From: Macrostomum hystrix
Taxonomy: Eukaryota > Animalia > Platyhelminthes
Length of the DNA stretch: 64,000 bases
Assembly: GCA_950097015.1 (NCBI GenBank)
Contig: CATNEN010000015.1
Coordinates: 62,001-126,000, forward strand
Direction: 5' to 3'
Shown piece after piece: positions 26,001-35,147 of this stretch. The notes beneath the pieces were generated by a model that saw only the letters and a program-made list of their open reading frames with translations, did no database searches and was not told the DNA's origin. Position 1 is the first letter of the stretch. Every line of letters begins with the position of its first letter. The position numbers and the translations under genes are program-made.

Positions 26001-29000
26001 GTAGGGTGAAGAAGGCTTGCGCTCAAAAGCTTTCTATCCTCTAGGTTACAGCTTCCTCCAGTCCGTTCATTGAAACTCTACTGGTTATTAATTTCATTAG
26101 CATTTTCATTTGCACCTAATCCGCAGTCTGTACAAGGAGCGACCCTACAGGGCTAGAAAGCCAGGCGAAGACAACTGCGACCTCTGCGGTTATGAAGGCT
26201 ACGCGACCAGTTGTGACAATGGAATGTGCAGCGTGCTGGACATTGAGAATCCTGTCAGTGAGTTTGGACTCGAGTATGGAACACTTATTAAAGTAAAGAG
26301 AAGGCTAGCCAGATAACACTGACACAAAGCTGCAAAATTTAACTGTTCACCCGCACCCAGGATCAAGCACGCGACGCAACTGTTTGAACTGCGGCCAGAT
26401 GCAGTACTATGGAGTGTATGACTTCTGCATGTGTGCCGACAACTTCTACGGCGACGTGTGCGAGAGTGAGCGACGTTATAGGACTATTGACAATGGGACA
26501 GAAATGAAATATCGAAATTTCCTAGAATTAAGCTCGTGTGTCATAAAAACGAAACATTGCAGAAAAAATCCAGAGCGTGCTGCCCAGAGATTTCGTGCAG
26601 TCGTGCGACAAGTGCCAGCAGGAGAACGTGCGCTGCCTGAACGGAGCGACACCTGTGGCTACTGACGACAACACCTGCCAGTGCATCTGCACCGACGGAT
26701 TCTCCGGGGCCTACTGCGAGGGTGAGTGTGTGTGCTGCCCAGTTTGCCAGTTCACTGTACTGCAGGATCCTGGCGCTAACGAAATCTTGCTGAATTACTA
26801 TAGTTGACATCGAAGAGGATCGAAATACACTGCAGCTGTACATTGGTGGAGAAAAGAGGTACATCAGCTACTACCCAGTGGACAAAGCCCTGGTGAGAGA
26901 CAGCATTTTACTTTCATTGAAGTGACGGATGGAAAATGTACGTGGGCCTGTCACCAACCCAAGAACTCATTGATTTAGTGGAACAGCGTCGAGCACGACT
27001 TCCTGCGCAAGTTCGAGACGGCCCTGTCAAACTACTGCGGAAGCGGGCCGGCCCGAGCGGGACTGAGCGCCAACTACCCGGTAACGACTATCAACGGCAG
27101 CCTGAAGGTTGGAGTGCATGCCAAGTGCGGTGAGTCAACACCGCAGAGTTTGGAGCGGTAAAGACAATAAAGGTGTCTGAACACAAACATCAGACTGACA
27201 AGCTCCCTTCCGTCACTGACTTGCAGGCCAGCAGTACATAGCCAAGCAGCAGCTTAAAGATGCCTATCGCGAGTCCGAAAAGTTCATCGGGTCCGCCCTG
27301 AATCGTGTCGGAGTTTCCGTTGTTCGCCTGGGCTGAGACAGTTTTGCATGTCGCATTGGTGTTGGTGGTCAGAACTGATATATGCATGACTGAGCGACAC
27401 AGTAGTTACTTGCACCGATAATAAATAAAGATTCAGGATTCAGGATACACACATGCAGCTGAATACACCTTGGACTGGATTATAACATTTAACCAACGAT
27501 TGGAATGAAAAATTTTTTATTAGACTGAGAAATCTGAGCCGGAAAAGTCGCACAAGATATCCGGCCTTAAACCCCACGACAGCAACAGTAACAGTACAGT
27601 CTGGACAGTACAGTCTGGACAGTAAATCTCACCTGACCGACAGCGTGTCGTCCACGTCAACGCATCCGATGGGGTCGATGCTGAATACAAGGTGACTCTG
27701 GCGCAGATCTCTCCGCTTGGCCAGCTCCTGTGGGTCTACCTGCCAAGGCTGACCCTCGATGACGGTGGGCAGCTCAGCCAGCTGCTGGGGCGAGAACTCC
27801 CTGACCGTCAGGTTGTGCTCAATCAGCAGCGCCTGAGTCTCGGTCTCCAGGTGGCCGACAGGGCCAAGCGGGCACACGAAATGACCGTTGGGGTACTGAC
27901 TGTCCGCCGGCCAGGCGTCGATGCGCACCACGAAGCGCTGATTGGCCAGCGCGGACGCCTGGCTGGTTGCTATGCGGATCTTCGGCACTCGGCGGTCCCA
28001 GGGCACGGCCAGGACTCGCTTGGAGGCGGTGCCGGCGTCCTTGGTGCCGCCATCGCCGGGGCCGGGCTCGATGGAGCAGACGTAGTCGCGCCAGTTGCGC
28101 TGCGCGATGCCGACAACGCGACCGGTGGGGACTGCAGAGGCCGCGTCCGCTGATGAAGTGCCCGAATGTGTCAAGCCGCCGTCAGCTTTGGCCCAGGAGG
28201 CCTTGGGGAGCAGCTGGACGCACACAATGTCGCCGTGCACAGCGCGGTTTCGATCCCGCTGCCCGATGATGAGGATCTCGCCTCTGCGGAGAAAGTTTCA
28301 GACAAGCTCAAGATCAGAAGAGCATTTTAGCTTCTCAGGACAGGACACAGGCTTTCTAGGATTGCAAAACAGGATCAATGGATCTAGTAGGCTTCTTAAG
28401 AGATTAGTTAGGATTCTAGTTGGGATTCTAGTTAGGATGTCTTAAGTTTCTGAAAAGGACTTCTCAGGATATTTTATTTGGATTTATTAGTTTGTGAACA
28501 AGATTTCTAAGGTTTTAAGGTTTCTAGACTGGATTTCCTTAAGTTCGAGGATATGAATTCGGATTTCTTGAGTTTATGGATTAGGATTTTATAAGTAGCT
28601 AGATTTTTACTTTTACGAACTCGATATGGAGTTCTCATATATCTAGATAATAACTTCTTTAAGTTTCGTATAATAACTTTTTAGCACGATAATCTACCTA
28701 AGGAATTGCTTACACAACTCAGCTTTAGGATTTGCAATTCGTGGTTAGGGATTAGAAAGCCCAAACTCTTCCAGCATTTCAAAGCTAACAGAACTCCAAT
28801 ATAATGACAAATGACTGCACAGCAGCATCTGATGGGACTCATGCGCGCACCTGGAAGCCTTCAGCTCGAGCAGCTGCGCCCCGCCGCTCAACGTGACCAC
28901 GGCGGTGTCCTGGCCAGAGGATTTGCGGTTCACGTGAAGGCAGCCTTGAAAGAACTGGCCGGACTTCACCCCGGCCTTCAAGCTCTCGGCCGACAGGTGC

Positions 29001-29866
29001 TCCGAGTAGTCGCTGCCGCGGCCAGAAGGACCGCCAGCATCGCCGCTGGCAGCCTCCGCAGCAGCCAGCGAGGCGCGCAGCGACTCAAAGATCTGGGTCA
29101 CCTGCGGCTTGTCGCCATGGTATCGCGCGACATAGTCGGCCACATTAAGCACCTCCACGCCACGCCGTTCATCAGCCGTGCAGGGCTCCACGTCGCCGTC
29201 TGTCACCAGTACAATAGGGATCTGGGGATTTATCGGGGTTCAAGCGATTACGTTTTTCACTCTACAGACCTCCCCTGTACTACTCCCATTCACCCTGTAC
29301 TCCTTCCATTCCCACTGAATTCCCCACATTGTCTCTGAACCTGTACTCACCGCATAGTCCAAGTGCCTGGCGTACCACTGAGCCGCTCGCCAGTTCAGGC
29401 CGGCCGCATGCGCATCCTCGGACTCGCCGGGCAGCCGGTCGCGCCAGCAGTCAACCTGGAACTCGTTGTCGAACAAGGCGGTGCTCTGGCGCGGGTCGCG
29501 CAGCTGCGCCTTGACCCGGTTGTAGAGCCTCCTGCCGCCAGCGCCCTGGATGTGATGCAGGCTGGTCAGCGTCAGCACCACGCCCTCGACAGTGGGCAGC
29601 TCGAACAGCTCCCAGTAGGCCCGGGCGGCGGCGCAGTCAGGCAGGGCATAGTGGGTCAGGCCGGCAGGCAGGCTGACGCAGCCTTCAGCTGGCGGGTCGC
29701 AGCCGCGCTGGCACAGAGCAGAGCAGCAGGGCACGCCGGGGCGCAGGTAGACCTCGCGCACCAAGCGGACGCGCCGGCCGCGGTCCAGGCGCAGCAGCAG
29801 GCGCTTGTTGGCCCGCCTGGTGGCCATCACGACTGGGGCATCAGCGGCTAGACTGCTGCTGGTCAT
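12326..29866 (-). CDS. DIS3L: DIS3-like exonuclease 1 (exosome-associated RNase II/RNB family), 7 exons, ~1105 aa
   Basis: Exons (minus): 29866-29351, 29221-28851, 28283-27633, 19863-19680, 14871-14476, 13929-13298, 12893-12326. All introns are GT-AG and phases join into one frame (3318 nt). Motifs: N-terminal [17 protein letters not shown], degenerate PIN, NRAVHGD, RNB catalytic [42 protein letters not shown]1 region YGIKG...[11 protein letters not shown]. The N-terminus, PIN and C-terminus fit DIS3L better than DIS3 or DIS3L2. Confidence 0.93.
12955..13160. repeat. 23-bp minisatellite (GATGTCTAGACCCACAGCTTCCA) in DIS3L intron 6
   Basis: About 8 direct units. Confidence 0.9.
14057..14447. 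repeat. 34-bp minisatellite (GCTGATGGGAATGGGATCTGTTCCAGGCATGACT) in DIS3L intron 5
   Basis: About 11.5 units, period 34. Confidence 0.95.
15060..15089 (-). mobile_element. Helitron-like 3' terminus (GC hairpin, 8 nt, CTAG, then T)
   Basis: The minus strand reads GCCCCCCCCAAGGGGGGC-TTAGTGTG-CTAG|T, the canonical Helitron 3'-end layout. The 5' end was not identified. Confidence 0.35.
15382..16049. repeat. 25-bp minisatellite (CAATGTCCCCTCAGCAGCAGAGAAC) in DIS3L intron 4
   Basis: About 27 near-identical units. Confidence 0.97.
16135..16500. repeat. 21-bp minisatellite (TTGGACACATTTAGAAAACTG)
   Basis: Direct units with variants. Confidence 0.9.
16954..17026. repeat. (CAAG)n microsatellite
   Basis: About 18 units. 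Confidence 0.97.
17060..17790. repeat. 42-bp minisatellite (dimer of two 21-mers: ATGCTTTCCCCTAGATAATCC + ATGCTCCTTCCTCGATATTTC)
   Basis: Direct units with degenerate flanks. Confidence 0.95.
18238..18526. repeat. 44-bp minisatellite (AACGCATGCAGCTATGCTCAAATATTTCTAGTTCTGAATCTGAT)
   Basis: About 6.5 units, period 44. Confidence 0.93.
21073..23208 (+). CDS. Secreted CAP/SCP (venom-allergen-like) protein with two EGF-like domains and a C-terminal domain of unknown type; paralog A, 8 exons, ~435 aa, nested in DIS3L intron 3
   Basis: Exons: 21073-21225, 21406-21737, 21837-21970, 22055-22153, 22340-22483, 22602-22690, 22759-22999, 23093-23208; the frame is continuous. Signal peptide [20 protein letters not shown]; CAP motifs [34 protein letters not shown]; EGF C-x-C-x8-C patterns ([24 protein letters not shown]). 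Confidence 0.88.
24439..27336 (+). CDS. Secreted CAP/SCP-EGF-EGF protein, paralog B, 8 exons, ~421 aa, nested in DIS3L intron 3
   Basis: Exons: 24439-24606, 25615-25967 (GC donor), 26127-26257, 26361-26465, 26563-26721, 26804-26892, 26979-27129, 27227-27336. Intron phases match paralog A. Motifs: [42 protein letters not shown], plus two EGF-like repeats. Confidence 0.88.
24701..25245. mobile_element. Non-autonomous DNA element (MITE-like), copy 1, in CAP-B intron 1
   Basis: Inverted ends GGGTATTTCAAATACCCA (24729) and TGGGTATTTGAAATACCCC (25221). Colinear similarity to 38733-39320. Confidence 0.7.
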
Positions 29867-30244
29867 GTCTGCAATGAGGGTGCTAGCTGGCTTGAGCTAC
29901 TGTGGATTGTTGAGTTGGCCTGGGCTACAGAATTCTCAAACTTCGATTTTAACAGGCAGATTTACAAAATAGATATAAACAGAAGCGCACAGCTCTAGAT
30001 AGGCCTCACTAAGTACCTGTTACGCTAATAATGCAAGGTCATAATAATGCACGATGCAACTGGATTGCCGCAATGCTCTCTTGTAGTTTACTAAATAATA
30101 TAAATATTAGCAGTCAATTTAACCACCAATAGCTACAAACTTATAACCAATTATCTACCATTAACAATGCATTTCAATGGTTTTTAGTTTTTTGTTTGAA
30201 TTAATAAAATAGCAAAAAGGGCAAATTATTAAAGAAAATAAGAT

Positions 30245-33200
30245 CAGGGGTTGGGAAACTTTTTAGCTAGCAGGCTGCATTGAATGTGGAAATATGAGAT
30301 AAGGGAGAGATGACAGGAGGAGATGAGACACAGGAGAGATACTAGCCATTTAGCCCCCTCAAGGTGGCCCAAGCATCATCCCTACACAATTTAACAGATA
30401 GACAAGAACTCTTGGCAGATGCCCCCTAATCCAAAATCAGTGAAATAATGCCTGCCAGCAGCAGCAAATGAATCCCCCCAGCAGCAGAGAACCCAGGCCC
30501 CTCCCAGCAATGTCAAACTAATGTCCCCAGCAACAAAGAACCAATGTATTTCCCCAGCAGGCAAGCAATCCTTTTGCTAATTTTCCTTTTTAGAAGATAA
30601 TTTGCTAATGTTCCTTTTTAGAAGATAACAATGTCCTTTTGGTAACAGTCAACAAGTGCCTCCCACCAAAAAACTACCATTATCTCGCCAGGCTTCCTGA
30701 GAAAGTGCACATTGCAGCTCAATAATATTCCCTTTGCCAGCCTTTTATTACAATTTTTTGCCAAAACTTATGTGCACAATTTACAGATCAAGATTGATAA
30801 GTAACATATTCGAAAAAATTACAATTCAAGTTTAAACTTATTTTTTATAATGCATACTATGTAAAATACAGCACAATTACAGCCCTTTAGCAGCAACCAA
30901 TGTATGGTTTAACATTGAACACAGTCTCCCTTCAGACCCATTAACAGATAACAATATGCAGCCTATAGCAGAGAACTGATGTGCCCCAGCAGGAAATTAC
31001 ATCCTGCCTTTAGCAGCAAAGCAATGTCCAGGAAGCAAAGCAGAGACCCTTGATAAATCATGCTATCCTCAATTCTGTCTCATACTATATCCTTGATAAA
31101 TCATGCTATCCTCAATTCTGTCTCATACTATATCTTTGATAAATCCTGTTATCATCAATTCTGTCTCATACTATATCCTTGATATATCATGCTATCCTCA
31201 ATTCTGTCTCATACTATATCCTTGATATATCATGTTATCATCAATTCTGTCTCATACTATATCCTTGATATATCATGTTATCATCAATTCTGTCTCATAC
31301 TATATCCTTGATATATCATGTTATCCTCAATTCTGTCTCATACTATATCCTTGATAAATCATGCTATCCTCAATTCTGCCTCATACTATATCCTTGATAT
31401 ATCATGCTATCCTCAATTCTGTCTCATACTATATCCTTGATAAATCATGCTATCCTCAATTCTGTCTCATACTATATCCTTGATATATCATGCTATCCTC
31501 AATTCTGCCTCATACTATATCCTTGATATATCATGCTATCCTCAATTCTGCCTCATACTATATCCTTGATAAATCATGCTATCCTCAATTCTGTCTCATA
31601 CTATATCCTTGATATATCATGCTATCCTCAATTCTGTCTCATACTATATCCTTGATATATCATGCTATCCTCAATTCTGTCTCATACTATATCCTTGATA
31701 AATCATGCTATCCTCAATTCTGTCTCATACTATATCCTTGATAAATCATGCTATCCTCAATTCTGCCTCATACTATATCCTTGATAAATCATGCTATCCT
31801 CAATTCTGTCTCATACTATATCCTTGATAAATCATGCTATCCTCAATTCTGTCTCATACTATATCCTTGATAAATCATGCTATCATCAATTCTGTCTCAT
31901 ACTATATCCTTGATAAATCATGCTATCCTCAATTCTGTCTCATACTATATCCTTGATATATCATGTTATCCTCAATTCTGTCTCATACTATATCCTTGAT
32001 AAATCATGCTATCCTCAATTCTGCCTCATACTATATCCTTGATATATCATGCTATCCTCAATTCTGTCTCATACTATATCCTTGATAAATCATGCTATCC
32101 TCAATTCTGTCTCATACTATATCCTTGATATATCATGCTATCCTCAATTCTGCCTCATACTATATCCTTGATATATCATGCTATCCTCAATTCTGCCTCA
32201 TACTATATCCTTGATAAATCATGCTATCCTCAATTCTGTCTCATACTATATCCTTGATATATCATGCTATCCTCAATTCTGTCTCATACTATATCCTTGA
32301 TATATCATGCTATCCTCAATTCTGTCTCATACTATATCCTTGATAAATCATGCTATCCTCAATTCTGTCTCATACTATATCCTTGATAAATCATGCTATC
32401 CTCAATTCTGTCTCATACTATATCCTTGATATATCATGCTATCCTCAATTCTGTCTCATACTATATCCTTGATATATCATGTTATCCTCAATTCTGTCTC
32501 ATACTATATCCTTGATAAATCATGCTATCCTCAATTCTGTCTCATACTATATCCTTGATATATCATGCTATCCTCAATACTGTCTCATACTATATCCTTG
32601 ATAAATCATGCTATCCTCAATTCTGTCTCATACTATATCCTTGATAAATCATGCTATCATCAATTCTGTCTCATACTATATCCTTGATAAATCATGCTAT
32701 CCTCAATTCTGTCTCATACTATATCCTTGATATATCATGTTATCCTCAATTCTGTCTCATACTATATCCTTGATAAATCATGCTATCCTCAATACTGTCT
32801 CATACTATATCCTTGATATATCATGCTATCATCAATTCTGTCTCATACTATATCTTTTATATATAATGTTTTTCCTTAATATACAATGCTAACAAAGCTA
32901 GCAAAATCAAGTTTCAGTTTTTCAAATAATTTCTCTGTTAATTTTTTATTTAATTTTCTATTTTCTATTCTGTAAAATACATAACATTTCTTTAATTTTG
33001 GAGAAACATTTCCCCCATACTTAAAACATGATTTACACACAACAGACACAAAAAGTGTTCAGAAATTTACTTCATGAATTTTTTGCTTCATCAAAGATTT
33101 GAACTCAGCTCAATGAAATTTATGCTAGCCTATACTAGCCCTAAGTTTCCTAACAATGAGGCTGTTCTGCTAATTGATTTGAGTCAACAAAACTGCCTTT

Positions 33201-33787
33201 CAAATTAGAAAATCTCTGCCAAGTGTAACAATTTAAATTGTGTATTTAAGCATGCACATTCTATCACTTATAGTTAAAACTGTATACATTTTTACAAATC
33301 GAAACAAATCACTCAGTTATCTGGCCAAGGCAAATATAGTACACAACTCAGACTCAGCCTGCCCAGTACTAACACATGCATAGGTGGGAAAATCACTAAT
33401 GCAATCAATTAAAATTGGCAGCATTTGGCCTATCTTAAAAAATAGCTGCAAAGAGATTATTTTCAAAGCATTTAACCAACTTAAAACTTTTTGGCACAGA
33501 TTCCCACAATCTCACAAGAATTTCTTATGAAATGAAGCAAGTTGGTTCAGGCATTCAGGATTTAGACTGAAATACTGAGTCAGACAGTCCTTTGAGATTT
33601 AGTATAGTGGGAAAGGAAGACACGGGAGAGCTAAGACATGGGAAAGAGAAGACCAAGGAGAGATGAGAGACATGGGAGACAGGGGAAAGATGAAAGAGGA
33701 TACTTCAGGTGTTGGAAGGGGCAACAGGCTGGATTTTTAAGCTCTAGGGTTATATCTGGCCTGCAGGCTGTAGTTTGCTGACTGTTG
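30245..33787. mobile_element. Decayed hAT/Charlie-like terminal sequences bounding a CpG-depleted block
   Basis: The left end CAGGGGTTGGGAAACTTTTT and right end GGCCTGCAGGCTGTAGTTTGCTGACTGTTG resemble the hAT MITE termini CAGGGGTCGGCAAAC... and ...GGCCCGCGGGCCGTAGTTTGCCGACCCCTG. No TSD was found, so the two ends may come from different copies. Confidence 0.35.
31048..32850. repeat. 43-bp minisatellite (CCTTGATAAATCATGCTATCCTCAATTCTGTCTCATACTATAT), ~42 copies
   Basis: Period 43 checked directly. Confidence 0.98.
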
Positions 33788-34344
33788 GGTATATATAATT
33801 GTCAAGAGCAAAAGTGAATTTTTTTGTTGTGCAGATAGCACTTTAGCAGTAAGCAGTTAATCAACTACAGTTAGCAGCTCACTATCAAAGTGTCTCAAGC
33901 CATCGACATCAATGCCTTCATTGCAATTTGGCCTAGACCCTGGGCCCTTGCCCACTGCAGCAGCTAAGGAAAGGAAAAGAGATAAACAAAAGTGGGGAAA
34001 GTACCATATGTGTCTGAGCCTCAGACACATTTTCTGACTCTGAGGCTCTGACTCAGAGCTTCTCTATGTGGTGATTTTGCTAGTTGGTAGCCCTAGGTTA
34101 GTGTGGCTGATGGATGAGGCAATGAGGGTCCACTAGTAGTATGTACAACTAACTCTGACTGGACAAATATATTAGCCATGATAACCAGCAAGTAAGAAAG
34201 TGGAAAAAAACTGGCATCAAGCCAATACAGTTAAACTTGAAATTGAACATTAAACAATTAGCCCATTAGCATTAGAAAATTGCAACTTAAATTCAAAAGG
34301 AATATGTCAAAAGTTTTATAAAGTCAAAAGCTTGGTTCCAAGTA

Positions 34345-35147
34345 CGAGAGGTGTTGCAAAAGTTTCTGGACTAATGCTAATCCTAGTGACAATTTGTGTT
34401 TGATTTGGCTAAAAATTGATGTCTATGGTATTCAGTCATAGAAAAGACTTCGTAAAATTTTATGCAGCTTAATCAACCACAGCATACATGAGGGCCAAAA
34501 TAGGTTGCAACCCTTTGAAGCTGTTGACACAATTTTTCACAAACCAAAAGTGAGTGAAAATGAGTCGACCAAAGAATCTATCAGAGTTTGGGTCTAAGGA
34601 AAGCCAGCGCCACTTTATCATGGCATGCCAACAACAGGGTCAAAACAGCCAATTTCTGATTTCCACAGATTTTTGCTGATTTCCACCTCTTTTGCATTTG
34701 TCTTCTTTTGGAAGATCTTTTGAAGATACCAATGTGGGGCGAGATCTTCACAACGTGCGAGGTCATCAAAGCAGCCAACAAGTCTCTACATCAGTTTGAT
34801 GCCAGCTTCTGGGGGTCAGGCTTTGACAAGCTGATTGAGCACTACCGAAAATGCATCTCCGTAAATGGCAAATACGTGGAGCAAGCCAGCAATCAACCTG
34901 TGGATGCATCCGGCGATAGAAGCAACAGTGACAGTGATTGGTAGCTGTAACTCAGAAATTGTATTTCATGACTATTAATAATCTAGTGTACAATCGGTTA
35001 TTAACTTTTGACCATCAACTCCAAACTTTCAGAAACTTTATATTATAAAATACAGTTGCCTGTTTGTCTGTTTAAATTTTTTGTTGAATCAGACTAAAAT
35101 TATCACTATGACGAGCATTAATCCAGAAACTTTTGCAACACCCCTCG
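34345..35147 (+). mobile_element. Internally deleted mariner (Tc1/mariner) element with a transposase C-terminal remnant
   Basis: TIRs CGAGAGGTGTTGCAAAAGTTTCTGGA and TCCAGAAACTTTTGCAACACCCCTCG, flanked by TA on both sides. The internal frame ADFHLF...GFDKLIEHYRKCISVNGKYVE matches the mariner C-terminus pattern (DYHLF...GI.KL..RW.KCI...G.Y.E). Confidence 0.88.

Noticed and set aside
29351-29866. Degenerate PIN domain in the DIS3-family protein
   Set aside because: Loss of PIN catalytic residues is the expected state for DIS3L, so it is not novel.
31048-32850. Regular 43-bp array as a possible CRISPR
   Set aside because: Contiguous repeats with no unique spacers, no cas genes, and a eukaryotic context.
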